Part shown: one piece after another, positions 56,508 through 64,000 of the stretch
Position numbering within the stretch: position 1 is the first letter of the stretch
Layout: every line of letters starts with the position of its first letter
Assembly: GCA_963749445.1 (NCBI GenBank)
Contig: CAVVMJ010000004.1
Span: 93,015-157,014 of the forward strand
Length of the DNA stretch: 64,000 nucleotides
From: an uncultured bacterium
Lineage (GTDB): Bacteria > Patescibacteriota > Doudnabacteria > UBA920
Direction: 5' to 3'
Program-made: the position numbers and the translations under genes
The notes under the pieces: generated by a model
The model's database searches: none
The model's input: the letters and a program-made list of their open reading frames with translations, nothing else
Told to the model about the DNA's origin: nothing

Positions 56508-57524
56508 CTAGTTAAAAATTATTTGTGTCAAGGGTAAGCGCGGCGCAAACGGCGGGATTTTTTCGCAATATCCTAAACGGAAAAAAAGTTGAGGCCTCTC
56601 ATTGATATTCAGCAGTTGTTGCAGCCTGCGGAAATGGTTGCCAATTTCAATTGGCGCTGCCAGCAACGCGAGTCGCAAATTTTGGATTTCCGTTTCCACC
56701 GCCATTTTTTCAAAAATATCCCCGCACCGGAGCCACGCGGCGGCGTTGTCTTCAGGCGTGCTTAAAACCATAAAAGCTTGTGAGGCATAAAGCATGTCGC
56801 CGGCCATTTTGGACTGGCTGCCGCCCAAAGGTAGATGTTTAATAGCCCAAGGCATAAAAAAAGAAAACACCCAAGGAATGCCGATATTGTAGCCTGGCAT
56901 GCCGTCCGTGTATTTTTTCAAGCTGGGTTTGATCCAACGCGACAATTCATCAATGAACGCTTTATCCTTAAAGGCATCTGTTGTGGCTTGTTCCGCGATT
57001 GTTTGCGCGATCTGTTTTTGTTTCGCGTCGACGATGGCATCGGCACGGACATCTTGTCCAGCAATATCGATAATTTTTTGTAGGGTTTGTTCGGCGATGG
57101 GGCGATTGTCATATTTGAACCGGTTGCAGCGGCGGGTTAAAATAGCTTTAAGCCGGATTGCGTCATAACGGGAAGGCGTTAGATTGGTAAAGGAGACTAC
57201 GGCGATGGGGATATCACTGGAAGCAGGCTGAGGTTTTAAGTTGTATTGGTAATTTAAGCCCAGGGCATCCGAAGCTATTATCACGTTGGCTAGTGCGGCT
57301 CCGAGACTGATATAAAACTCCCGCCCTGTCGGATCGGAAGCGGCTAGTTTTCTGGTCCAGTTCGCCCAAAGTTCAATAGTTTGGCCGGCGCACTTAAAAA
57401 GCCAAGGTTGAGTGTTATGGCTGGAAGGCGCGAGTGTCGCTAAAAATGTCAAATAACGAAGCTTTTCTATATCTGGCAGTCCAGCAAAGTGCTCTAATGC
57501 TATATAGTTTGTTCGCGTATACAT
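56508..57524 (-). CDS. nitroreductase-family protein (tandem nitroreductase fold; SagB/Acg-like)
   Basis: LAPSSHNTQPW motif, 338 aa consistent with double nitroreductase domain. Confidence 0.55.
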   Translation of the reverse strand: MYTRTNYIALEHFAGLPDIEKLRYLTFLATLAPSSHNTQPWLFKCAGQTIELWANWTRKLAASDPTGREFYISLGAALANVIIASDALGLNYQYNLKPQPASSDIPIAVVSFTNLTPSRYDAIRLKAILTRRCNRFKYDNRPIAEQTLQKIIDIAGQDVRADAIVDAKQKQIAQTIAEQATTDAFKDKAFIDELSRWIKPSLKKYTDGMPGYNIGIPWVFSFFMPWAIKHLPLGGSQSKMAGDMLYASQAFMVLSTPEDNAAAWLRCGDIFEKMAVETEIQNLRLALLAAPIEIGNHFRRLQQLLNINERPQLFFRLGYCEKIPPFAPRLPLTQIIFN

Positions 57525-57616
57525 TTATTTTTATTTTTTTATCTTTTTGGAAGGGTTTCCCCTTTATTATAGCATAAAAATAGAATATATGCTATAATCT
57601 GCCAGAGGGGAGAAAC

Positions 57617-58021
57617 ATGCCAGAATTGAAACAAAAGAAAATTTTAGTGGTGGAGGACGATTCGGCTATGCGGGAGATTGTTACCCACAAGCTTATCTCC
57701 CACGGTTTTGCCGTTAACCAGGCGGAAGACGGCCGGCAGGCCTTGGAGGTTTTTATCGCGGAAAAGCCGGATTTGGTTTTGCTGGATTTGCTGTTGCCGG
57801 AACTTGACGGTTTTCACGTGCTGCAAGCTATCCGGAACAATCCCGATTTGGCTTTGGCCAAGACGGCCGTGATTGTGCTAAGCAACCTGTGGAGTAACAA
57901 GGATATTTTGAGCGTTCAGGCATTGCATGCCGACGCGTTTATGGTCAAGGCTTATTTTACGACTGAAGAGATTTTGGCCAAGGTCAATGAGATTTTGCTT
58001 TTGCACGAAAAAACCGGTTGA
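57617..58021 (+). CDS. stand-alone response-regulator receiver domain protein (paralog 3 of 3), divergent from HK operon
   Basis: KILVVEDD..DLVLLD..AVIVLSNL.. Confidence 0.85.
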   Translation: MPELKQKKILVVEDDSAMREIVTHKLISHGFAVNQAEDGRQALEVFIAEKPDLVLLDLLLPELDGFHVLQAIRNNPDLALAKTAVIVLSNLWSNKDILSVQALHADAFMVKAYFTTEEILAKVNEILLLHEKTG

Positions 58022-58027
58022 CGGTTG

Positions 58028-58126
58028 TTGATGGGCACCTTCGTGCCAATACATCACTCGACCGTTATTTATCACTAACCGATAATTATCAGTTGGATTT
58101 TGTGGAACCGCGAAGGCGCCCATCAA
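58028..58126. mobile_element. MITE-like 99-bp element, copy 8 (diverged right TIR)
   Basis: ttgatgggcaccttcgtgccaatacatcactcgacc...gtggaaccgcgaaggcgcccatcaa. Confidence 0.8.
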
Positions 58127-58365
58127 ACTCTAGGGACTGCTGCACTAACCTGTTGGTAAAGTTAATCGATAAACGGCAAAATTATCGATAAACGCTAATG
58201 TTTACCGGCGCTTGATGATTAACTGATTAGCATAAAAGCAAAACTGATTTCATAAACGAAATTAGTAACGAAAAAATACACAAAATCGCCTGTAGCTACA
58301 GGCGATTTTGATTTATCCACCAACAGATATATGCACCAGTCCCAAACTCTAAATTCATCCATCCA

Positions 58366-58398
58366 AATCAAAAACCCTCCGAACGCCGGAGGGTTTTT
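58366..58398. terminator. bidirectional rho-independent terminator downstream of hup
   Basis: aaaaaccctccgaacgccggagggttttt. Confidence 0.7.
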
Positions 58399-58408
58399 AA
58401 AATTGCGA

Positions 58409-58681
58409 TTACAGGATGCTGTCTTTGGCGGCTTTGGCTACGCGGAATTTTACCACGGTCTTGGCGGCAATCTGGATGCTTTCGCCGGTCGCGGGGTTTC
58501 TGCCCATTCTGGCGGCGCGGTGCTTCTTTTGCAGTTTGCCCAAACCCGGAATGGTGAATTCGCCGGACTTTTTGGTTTCGGCGTAGGCGATGCCCACTAA
58601 CGCGTCCAGCATTTCGCCGGCTTGTTTGCGGGTCACGCCGAGCTTGTCGGCCAGGGCCTGCAAAGTCTCTGACTTGGTCAT
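58409..58681 (-). CDS. hup: DNA-binding protein HU
   Basis: ..GEFTIPGLGKL....RMGRNPATGE.I.I....V.F. Confidence 0.9.
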   Translation of the reverse strand: MTKSETLQALADKLGVTRKQAGEMLDALVGIAYAETKKSGEFTIPGLGKLQKKHRAARMGRNPATGESIQIAAKTVVKFRVAKAAKDSIL

Positions 58682-58958
58682 GGATTTTGTGTCCTTTTTC
58701 TCTTTTCCCTCCCCTCCGTGCCCGTCTCGCTCTCGGCGAGCCGAGGCGGAGGGAGGGATAAAGAGGGGTAAAAGATTTAATGATTTTTTAACTATGGTAA
58801 GTTTAGCAAAAAGGCCAATAAAATCAAGGATTTTTTGCCAATGTCAAGGGTTTTAAAGGGGTTTTTAGAGTTTTATGTAGATGAATTTTTAAATTAAGGC
58901 TTATTTATAAGGAAATAATTTTTAAGCAACCTCTAGGTTTTTTTTAAATATCCACAGA

Positions 58959-60005
58959 TTAAGGTAACAGCAGCATGCCGTCCCCAAAGGAGAAGAAACG
59001 GAGGCGGCAATTGATGGCGCGTTGATACAAATCAAGAATAGTTTTTCGACCAGCAAAAGCGGAGACCATCATCAGGAGACTCGATTTGGGTACGTGAAAG
59101 TTGGTAATGAGGCCGTTAATGAATTTGAATTTGTAGCCTTCCCGGATGAAGAGGTCGGTGTTGCCCGTCAGTTTACTCAGATGATTATCGGCTGCGGCGG
59201 ATTCAAGCGTGCGCGCGACCGTGGTGCCCACGGCAATAATGGGGCGGCCTTGGGCTTTGGCAAAATTGAGGAAGGTGGCGGTTTCGCGGTCGATGGAATA
59301 AAATTCCTGATGAAGTTTGCCGGTTTTAAGATTATCCTCGCGTAGAGGCGCAAATGTCCCGAGGCCGACATCCAACCGTACGAATTTTACGCCAATCCTC
59401 TGTTTGAGCAAATTATTCATCAGGCGTTTGGTAAAATGCAAAGATGCGGTTGGCGCGGCCACGGACAGGCCGATTTTGGCAAAGATTGATTGGTATTGCT
59501 CCCGTTTTTGTTTTTCGGTCAGCGGAGAATTCTTGATGTATGGCGGCAACGGCGTGTAGCCGTATTTTTTGATGATATCCGGCAACTGTGATAAAGAAAA
59601 AGAGGGTTTTAAGAAATAAAATTGGCCAGCTTTTTTTACGACTCGCAGCGTCGGTTTCTTAAACTCACGGCCGTGAATAAAGCAAAGCAGAGTTTTGGGG
59701 GTGAGTTTCCTATTAGTCAAAACTTTGATCAAGTTTTTATCACGCGAAATATAAAGTAGCTCCACTTTGCCCCCGGTCGGTTTTTGCGTGATTAAGCGCG
59801 CGGGCCAGACTTTGGTGTGGTTAAAGACCAAGACGGTATTGTTGGGCAGATATTTGCCTAGATTGGAAAATCGATCAAACCTGATTTTTTTTGATCGGCG
59901 ATTATAAATCAAAAGCCGCGCGTTGTCGCGGGGTTTGGCCGGTGATTGGGCGATTAGTTCCGGCGGCAGGTAATAGTTGTATTTTTTTAGGAATTTGTCG
60001 AGCAT
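58959..60005 (-). CDS. queA: S-adenosylmethionine:tRNA ribosyltransferase-isomerase
   Basis: YNYYLPPELIAQSPAKPRDNARLL...LLYI.., full-length QueA. Confidence 0.9.
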   Translation of the reverse strand: MLDKFLKKYNYYLPPELIAQSPAKPRDNARLLIYNRRSKKIRFDRFSNLGKYLPNNTVLVFNHTKVWPARLITQKPTGGKVELLYISRDKNLIKVLTNRKLTPKTLLCFIHGREFKKPTLRVVKKAGQFYFLKPSFSLSQLPDIIKKYGYTPLPPYIKNSPLTEKQKREQYQSIFAKIGLSVAAPTASLHFTKRLMNNLLKQRIGVKFVRLDVGLGTFAPLREDNLKTGKLHQEFYSIDRETATFLNFAKAQGRPIIAVGTTVARTLESAAADNHLSKLTGNTDLFIREGYKFKFINGLITNFHVPKSSLLMMVSAFAGRKTILDLYQRAINCRLRFFSFGDGMLLLP

Positions 60006-60021
60006 TTATTATAGTTGTTAG

Positions 60022-60121
60022 TTGATGGGCATCTTCGTGCGGCTATAACAGTTAGCGGATGGTTATCAATTGGCGTATCCATCATCACAAACTAAACTAT
60101 AACCTCGAAGATGCCCATCAA
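60022..60121. mobile_element. MITE-like 99-bp element, copy 9
   Basis: ttgatgggcatcttcgtgcggctataac...cctcgaagatgcccatcaa. Confidence 0.85.
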
Positions 60122-60990
60122 GCTATAATATGTATCACCTCAACCAGGCCCCAAACGGCCAGGCCAATAAACACCAGCGTGCCCAAAAATGATACCCATG
60201 CGTTGCGTACCGCGGCCGTGGTTTTGGCCGGGCTGACGAACAGGGCGATGTTCAGCGCGGTGTGCGCGGCCAAAACGCCCACGGAAAAACCAAAAACGTT
60301 GACTATGGAAAACAAGGGCACATAACCGGCAAAGTCATCCAAACCCAGTAAGAACGGAACGGTAAAAGCAAACCACAATAGATTTTTCCAGGGCAGGCTT
60401 TCATCAGCTTTAAGTTTTTTCCCAAGGTCGGGAAGAATTTTGGAAGTCAGCGGCCGGGTGATTTTTAAAATGACGGATAAAAATCCATCAAGCGTCAAAT
60501 ATACCGCGCGCTTTACTCCCCCGCTTGCTTCCCAGCTCACAAAATGTTCCAGCCCGCCGTAAGCCAACTCAAACAAAACCAGCGCCGCCACAAAAATCAT
60601 AATTGCCAAAAGCCAGTGGATTTGCCTGAAAAATATCCACAGAACCAAAATCAAAATTGTGCCCAAAGTGTTGCCCAAAGCCGTGCCGATTTCAATGGCA
60701 ATCCGGTTTTTCCAGCCGGAATTGGCCGACATCAGCCGCCCCATAAAAATGGCAAAATCCACGGAGGTTTTCAGGTAAATAATCGCGCCGACCAAAACAT
60801 CGCTCCAGCGCAAAACTGGAGAGATATTTCCTGCAGCAGGCAAAAGATTCAGGCCTTTGACCGTCAGCCACAGCAGCGCCGATAGGCAGGCCAAAACGAC
60901 CAGAGTTAAAGCTAGCGGAATGATTTGTTCCACAACCAGGCCGGGTTTTTTTATCAGGGACATACAATCAGTAATTGAGTAACCAATCAA
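60118..60990 (-). CDS. integral membrane protein (TerC/DUF475-like, two repeat halves)
   Basis: 8+ TM helices; repeated D-F-A motifs (SVDFAIFMG / LDDFAGYV). Confidence 0.4.
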   Translation of the reverse strand: MIGYSITDCMSLIKKPGLVVEQIIPLALTLVVLACLSALLWLTVKGLNLLPAAGNISPVLRWSDVLVGAIIYLKTSVDFAIFMGRLMSANSGWKNRIAIEIGTALGNTLGTILILVLWIFFRQIHWLLAIMIFVAALVLFELAYGGLEHFVSWEASGGVKRAVYLTLDGFLSVILKITRPLTSKILPDLGKKLKADESLPWKNLLWFAFTVPFLLGLDDFAGYVPLFSIVNVFGFSVGVLAAHTALNIALFVSPAKTTAAVRNAWVSFLGTLVFIGLAVWGLVEVIHIIA

Positions 60991-61711
60991 ATTTCCACTC
61001 CCAACCGTGTTTATAGCCGCCTTTTAGAAACATTTTTGAAAGAATTTTCAGCAATTGCTGTTGGGTTTTAATGTCTCCCTGTTTGGCTATTTTTGTTATC
61101 ATTTTGATAAATTTCGCTTGGGAAATAGGAATTTTTTTTAGAGGCTCGCGTTTTAACTCCCATTTTAGGTATTTATAATAAGGTTTAAGCCGCCCGTGCC
61201 AGGCAAATACCGCGTTTAGCATCGGCTGGATGGATTCGTTACCTTCCAGCCTGGAAGCCAGCAAATCTCCGTCGCGATGGGTTTTTATAGAGCGGTATAC
61301 CTGGTTAATGTAGTGATCTATGCTGTCTTTTATAAATTGTTTTTTATATTTTGCCGGAAGAGAACCTTTTTCGTCAACAATTTTTTGTATCTTACCCGTT
61401 TTGTCTAAAGGCGCTTTTAATCTTGCAAAATTGTATCTGTCCCAAGCATAATTTCCTCCCCATGATGCATAGTTTTTAAAAGCATTCAATTCCATTACAA
61501 AGAGATCAAAGTCAAGCTTGCGGAATCTGAGGAGACTCTTTACGATTTTTTTTGGGGTTTTATTCTTTACCACAAGGAATACATCGTAATCAGAGTGTTT
61601 TGTAACTTTACCTTTCCCTCTTGAGCCGGTTAAAATTATCCCAATAACGTAAGGATTTGATTTTGCCTCGTTTAAAAGATTCTTATAGTGTTTGTCTAAA
61701 TTAACAGGCAT
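60968..61711 (-). CDS. polymerase-beta superfamily nucleotidyltransferase (KNTase/ANT/Lnu-like)
   Basis: GS-x10-DYD motif: GIILTGSRGKGKVTKHSDYDVFLVV; helical C-terminal domain. Confidence 0.55.
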   Translation of the reverse strand: MPVNLDKHYKNLLNEAKSNPYVIGIILTGSRGKGKVTKHSDYDVFLVVKNKTPKKIVKSLLRFRKLDFDLFVMELNAFKNYASWGGNYAWDRYNFARLKAPLDKTGKIQKIVDEKGSLPAKYKKQFIKDSIDHYINQVYRSIKTHRDGDLLASRLEGNESIQPMLNAVFAWHGRLKPYYKYLKWELKREPLKKIPISQAKFIKMITKIAKQGDIKTQQQLLKILSKMFLKGGYKHGWEWKFDWLLNY

Positions 61712-61715
61712 AAAA

Positions 61716-63005
61716 TTAGGTCAAATATTTTTTATTTTTTAATTTTTCGGGTAGATAAGAATCTTTGTCGTATTTTCCGTAATCTTTGCCGTAGTCCAGT
61801 TTTTCCATTAATTTGGTGACGGGGTTGCGGATTTTTAAGGGCACGGGGAGATTGCCTTCTTTTTTGACGTCGGCCAGCGCGGCCATGTAAGCGTTATAAG
61901 CGCTGCGGTCTTTCTTGCATAGTGAAAGATACGCGACGCCTTGGGCGAGATTTTCCCGGCATTCGGGGTAGCCGATGGTTTCGCAGGCGCGGAATACGGC
62001 ATTGGCCACTACCAAAGCGGTAGGCTGCGCGAGCCCAATATCTTCCGAAGCGAATACTACCATCCGGCGCGCAATGAATAACGGATCCTCTCCGGCTTCT
62101 ACCATCCGCGCCAAATAATAGAGGGCGGCATCGGGCTGCGAAGCGCGCATGCTTTTTATAAAAGCGGAAATGACGTTATAGTGTTCCTCTCCGGCTTTGT
62201 CGTAGCGCAGGAATTTGGATTGCAGGGTATCTTTAAGGGATTGTAAAGTTATTTTACCGTAAAGTTTTTTGGTGTTTTCAATCATACTAATGGCTTGGCG
62301 CGCGTCGCCATTGGACATTTGCACCAGCCACGATTTTGCGTCAGAACTGATTGCCGAGGGTTCCCCTCGGCTTCGGGTTTTCTTAGTCCGAGGGGAACCC
62401 TCGGTCGCCAACATTGCTTGATCGATTATCTTTCCAATATCCTCATCTCTTAATTCTTCCAGCACAAACACGCGGCAGCGGGAAAGCAGCGGAGCGATGA
62501 CTTCGAAGGATGGGTTTTCGGTGGTTGCGCCTATCAGATATAATTTTCCGGTTTCCACGGAAGGTAGTAAAAAGTCCTGCTGGGCTTTGTTGAAACGGTG
62601 AATCTCATCGAGGAATAATATTTTGGGTTTTTGTGTCCCCTTCTCCCCTGGCGAGGGGAGATGTCGCGAATGCATCTGAGCGACAGAGAGGTCGAACGGC
62701 TGTTGCCCGCCAGATTCTTGATTTTTATCAAAGGAGTCTTTTTTCGAGTCGTTCTCCACAATTTTTTTAATGTCGTCTTTGCTGGCGCTGACTGCGGACA
62801 GCTCAAAATATTCCGCGTTGAGGGCTTTGGCATATATCCGCGCCAAAGTGGTCTTTCCCACCCCGGGCGGCCCCCAAAAAATAAAACTGAACAAATGTTT
62901 TTGCTCAATGGCAATCCTTAAAGGCTTGCCCGGGCCGACCAGATGCTCTTGGCCGACAAAGTCCTTTAAGGACGTGGGGCGGATTTTATTGGCTAATGGT
63001 TCCAT
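61716..63005 (-). CDS. rarA: replication-associated recombination protein A (MgsA/RarA AAA+ ATPase) with two in-frame palindromic insertions
   Basis: Walker [10 protein letters not shown], Walker [12 protein letters not shown], sensor regions; extra segments encoded by palindromes at 62340-62405 and 62630-62705. Confidence 0.9.
   Translation of the reverse strand: MEPLANKIRPTSLKDFVGQEHLVGPGKPLRIAIEQKHLFSFIFWGPPGVGKTTLARIYAKALNAEYFELSAVSASKDDIKKIVENDSKKDSFDKNQESGGQQPFDLSVAQMHSRHLPSPGEKGTQKPKILFLDEIHRFNKAQQDFLLPSVETGKLYLIGATTENPSFEVIAPLLSRCRVFVLEELRDEDIGKIIDQAMLATEGSPRTKKTRSRGEPSAISSDAKSWLVQMSNGDARQAISMIENTKKLYGKITLQSLKDTLQSKFLRYDKAGEEHYNVISAFIKSMRASQPDAALYYLARMVEAGEDPLFIARRMVVFASEDIGLAQPTALVVANAVFRACETIGYPECRENLAQGVAYLSLCKKDRSAYNAYMAALADVKKEGNLPVPLKIRNPVTKLMEKLDYGKDYGKYDKDSYLPEKLKNKKYLT
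62340..62405. repeat. palindromic insertion inside rarA (in frame)
   Basis: cgagggttcccctcggcttcgggttttcttagtccgaggggaaccctcggtcg; encodes [18 protein letters not shown]. Confidence 0.6.
62630..62705. repeat. degenerate RPE-like palindrome inside rarA (in frame)
   Basis: ccccttctcccctggcgaggggagatgtcgcg; encodes ..[14 protein letters not shown].. Confidence 0.6.
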
Positions 63006-63061
63006 ATGCCGCTGATCTGACGCGGATCAGCTACGCGGATTAAACGCTGATAAAAGTGCGA

Positions 63062-64000
63062 TTATTTTTTATTATACTCCCCCACCCGGTAAAGTTCCAG
63101 ATATTGGCCGGAGAACAATTTTTGGGAATTTTGTGAAAATTGCTGCGAGGGCGCGTACATTTGGAACAGCTGCGCGGGAACAATCAGCAAGTATGGCTCC
63201 GCGGGAGTCGTGCCGGGCAGTTGCGCGATTTGTTTGCCGGCGTAAAAAGGTAGGGTTTCGTTCCATGTCCATAAATAGCTATAGGACTTTTGCTCCGGTG
63301 GCGCCGCGGCAATATCCTGGCCGATAATTTTTTCTTCATCGGCCACAAAAATATCCTCGGCCATGCCGGCGCGATAATAAAAACATTGCCAAATAACGTT
63401 TGCGGCCCCGGCCAAAAATAGCAGAAGTAAAAATCCCAAAAAGATTTTTTTTACCCAGCTTTTTTGCAGACTCTTGTACATCAAACCAAAAACAATTGCT
63501 AAAAATATCGAAAAATAAGGATAAAGCGGTTCTAGGTAATAAAACAGTTTGGTTTTGGCAATGGCAAAGACCGTAAAAATAAACGCGGCCAAAGCCAGCA
63601 TGGCAAAACCCGCCCGAAACAACTGGCTGTTTTTTTCGCGGGTTGCAAAAGCCGCCGCCGCAAACCAAATTGCCGCTAAAACAAACACGGCCATCCACGG
63701 TTCCACCAGCAAAAATAAGAATCTGATATAGTTCCAAACCGTAATATTGCCTCCCAAAATCGGCGAGGCAAAACGCTGGAGTACGTGATAAAACAAATAA
63801 TCATGCCAAAATTGCAGGCCAAACCGCGCGCTTTCGTACCAGTGCCAAGGGACAATAATCGCGCCTGCTAAAATTAGGCCGCCCCAAAAAAAGCGGTTTT
63901 TGAGCCAACCCCAGTTTTTGTAGATTAAACTTAGTATCAATATCAGCGGCAAGGGAAACAAGCCGACCAGGTTTTTGGTCAGGGCGGACAGACCCAGGGT
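63062..64000 (-). CDS. GT39/ArnT-like membrane glycosyltransferase, C-terminal portion (N-terminus runs off window end)
   Basis: polytopic, aromatic-rich TM helices; ORF remains open to position 64000. Confidence 0.45.
   Translation of the reverse strand, partial: TLGLSALTKNLVGLFPLPLILILSLIYKNWGWLKNRFFWGGLILAGAIIVPWHWYESARFGLQFWHDYLFYHVLQRFASPILGGNITVWNYIRFLFLLVEPWMAVFVLAAIWFAAAAFATREKNSQLFRAGFAMLALAAFIFTVFAIAKTKLFYYLEPLYPYFSIFLAIVFGLMYKSLQKSWVKKIFLGFLLLLFLAGAANVIWQCFYYRAGMAEDIFVADEEKIIGQDIAAAPPEQKSYSYLWTWNETLPFYAGKQIAQLPGTTPAEPYLLIVPAQLFQMYAPSQQFSQNSQKLFSGQYLELYRVGEYNKK

Noticed and set aside
57878-58126. 82-aa ORF MMGAFAVPQNPTDNYRLVINNGRVMYWHEGAHQ and similar peptides at 35372, 39362
   Set aside because: These are translations of the MITE-like repeat itself (same peptide recurs wherever the element occurs, in both orientations), not a protein family.
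1-64000. CRISPR array, rRNA genes
   Set aside because: No regularly spaced direct repeats of CRISPR type (the repeats present are palindromic, dispersed and of variable spacing); no rRNA-like conserved segments.

Overview
This 64-kb window is dense with housekeeping genes from a small-genome bacterium, with composition and gene content resembling an uncultivated Patescibacteria/CPR-type lineage; that assignment is inference. Standard genetic code: RF2 is present with an SPF motif and TGA is used as a stop.

Recognisable genes include frr, an rseP-like site-2 protease, proS and the mreB-mreC-mreD-mrdA cell-shape operon. folD is present, and secE-nusG-rplK-rplA form a cluster interrupted by inserted genes. 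A thymidylate/dNTP-metabolism island carries dcd, folA, thyA, tmk and a T4-like dNMP kinase, plus NUDIX, HD, CYTH and deoxyribosyltransferase-like proteins. Also present are prfB, ftsEX, rplI, pyrG, an ABC-2 exporter, rpmA, a THUMP methyltransferase, an IscS-like desulfurase, an EnvC-like M23 peptidase, gltX, def and fmt. The list continues with mltG, yjbQ, a two-component pair, hup, queA and rarA. No rRNA, tRNA or CRISPR array was found.

The most unusual content is a heavy load of small palindromic repeat families:
- A ~99-bp MITE-like element with 18-bp terminal inverted repeats TTGATGGGCATCTTCGTG, in 9 intergenic copies.
- An RPE-like modular palindromic element inserted IN FRAME inside protein-coding genes (rseP, prfB, a tagA-NUDIX fusion, rarA), with further copies between genes.
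- At least four further hairpin-repeat families.
- A GIY-YIG nuclease gene bracketed by nested inverted repeats.

A second candidate novelty is a minus-strand operon at 51.6-57.5 kb. It encodes a nitroreductase-family protein, a PaaK/LuxE-like adenylate-forming enzyme, a ThiF/E1-like protein, a 7TM histidine kinase and YjbQ, next to a divergent stand-alone receiver protein. This may be an uncharacterised modification or biosynthetic system.

Four genes show apparent frameshifts: a BNR lipoprotein, rplI, fmt and the histidine kinase. These are either sequencing errors or genuine pseudogenes. All protein assignments come from motif recognition in the supplied translations; no database search was run.
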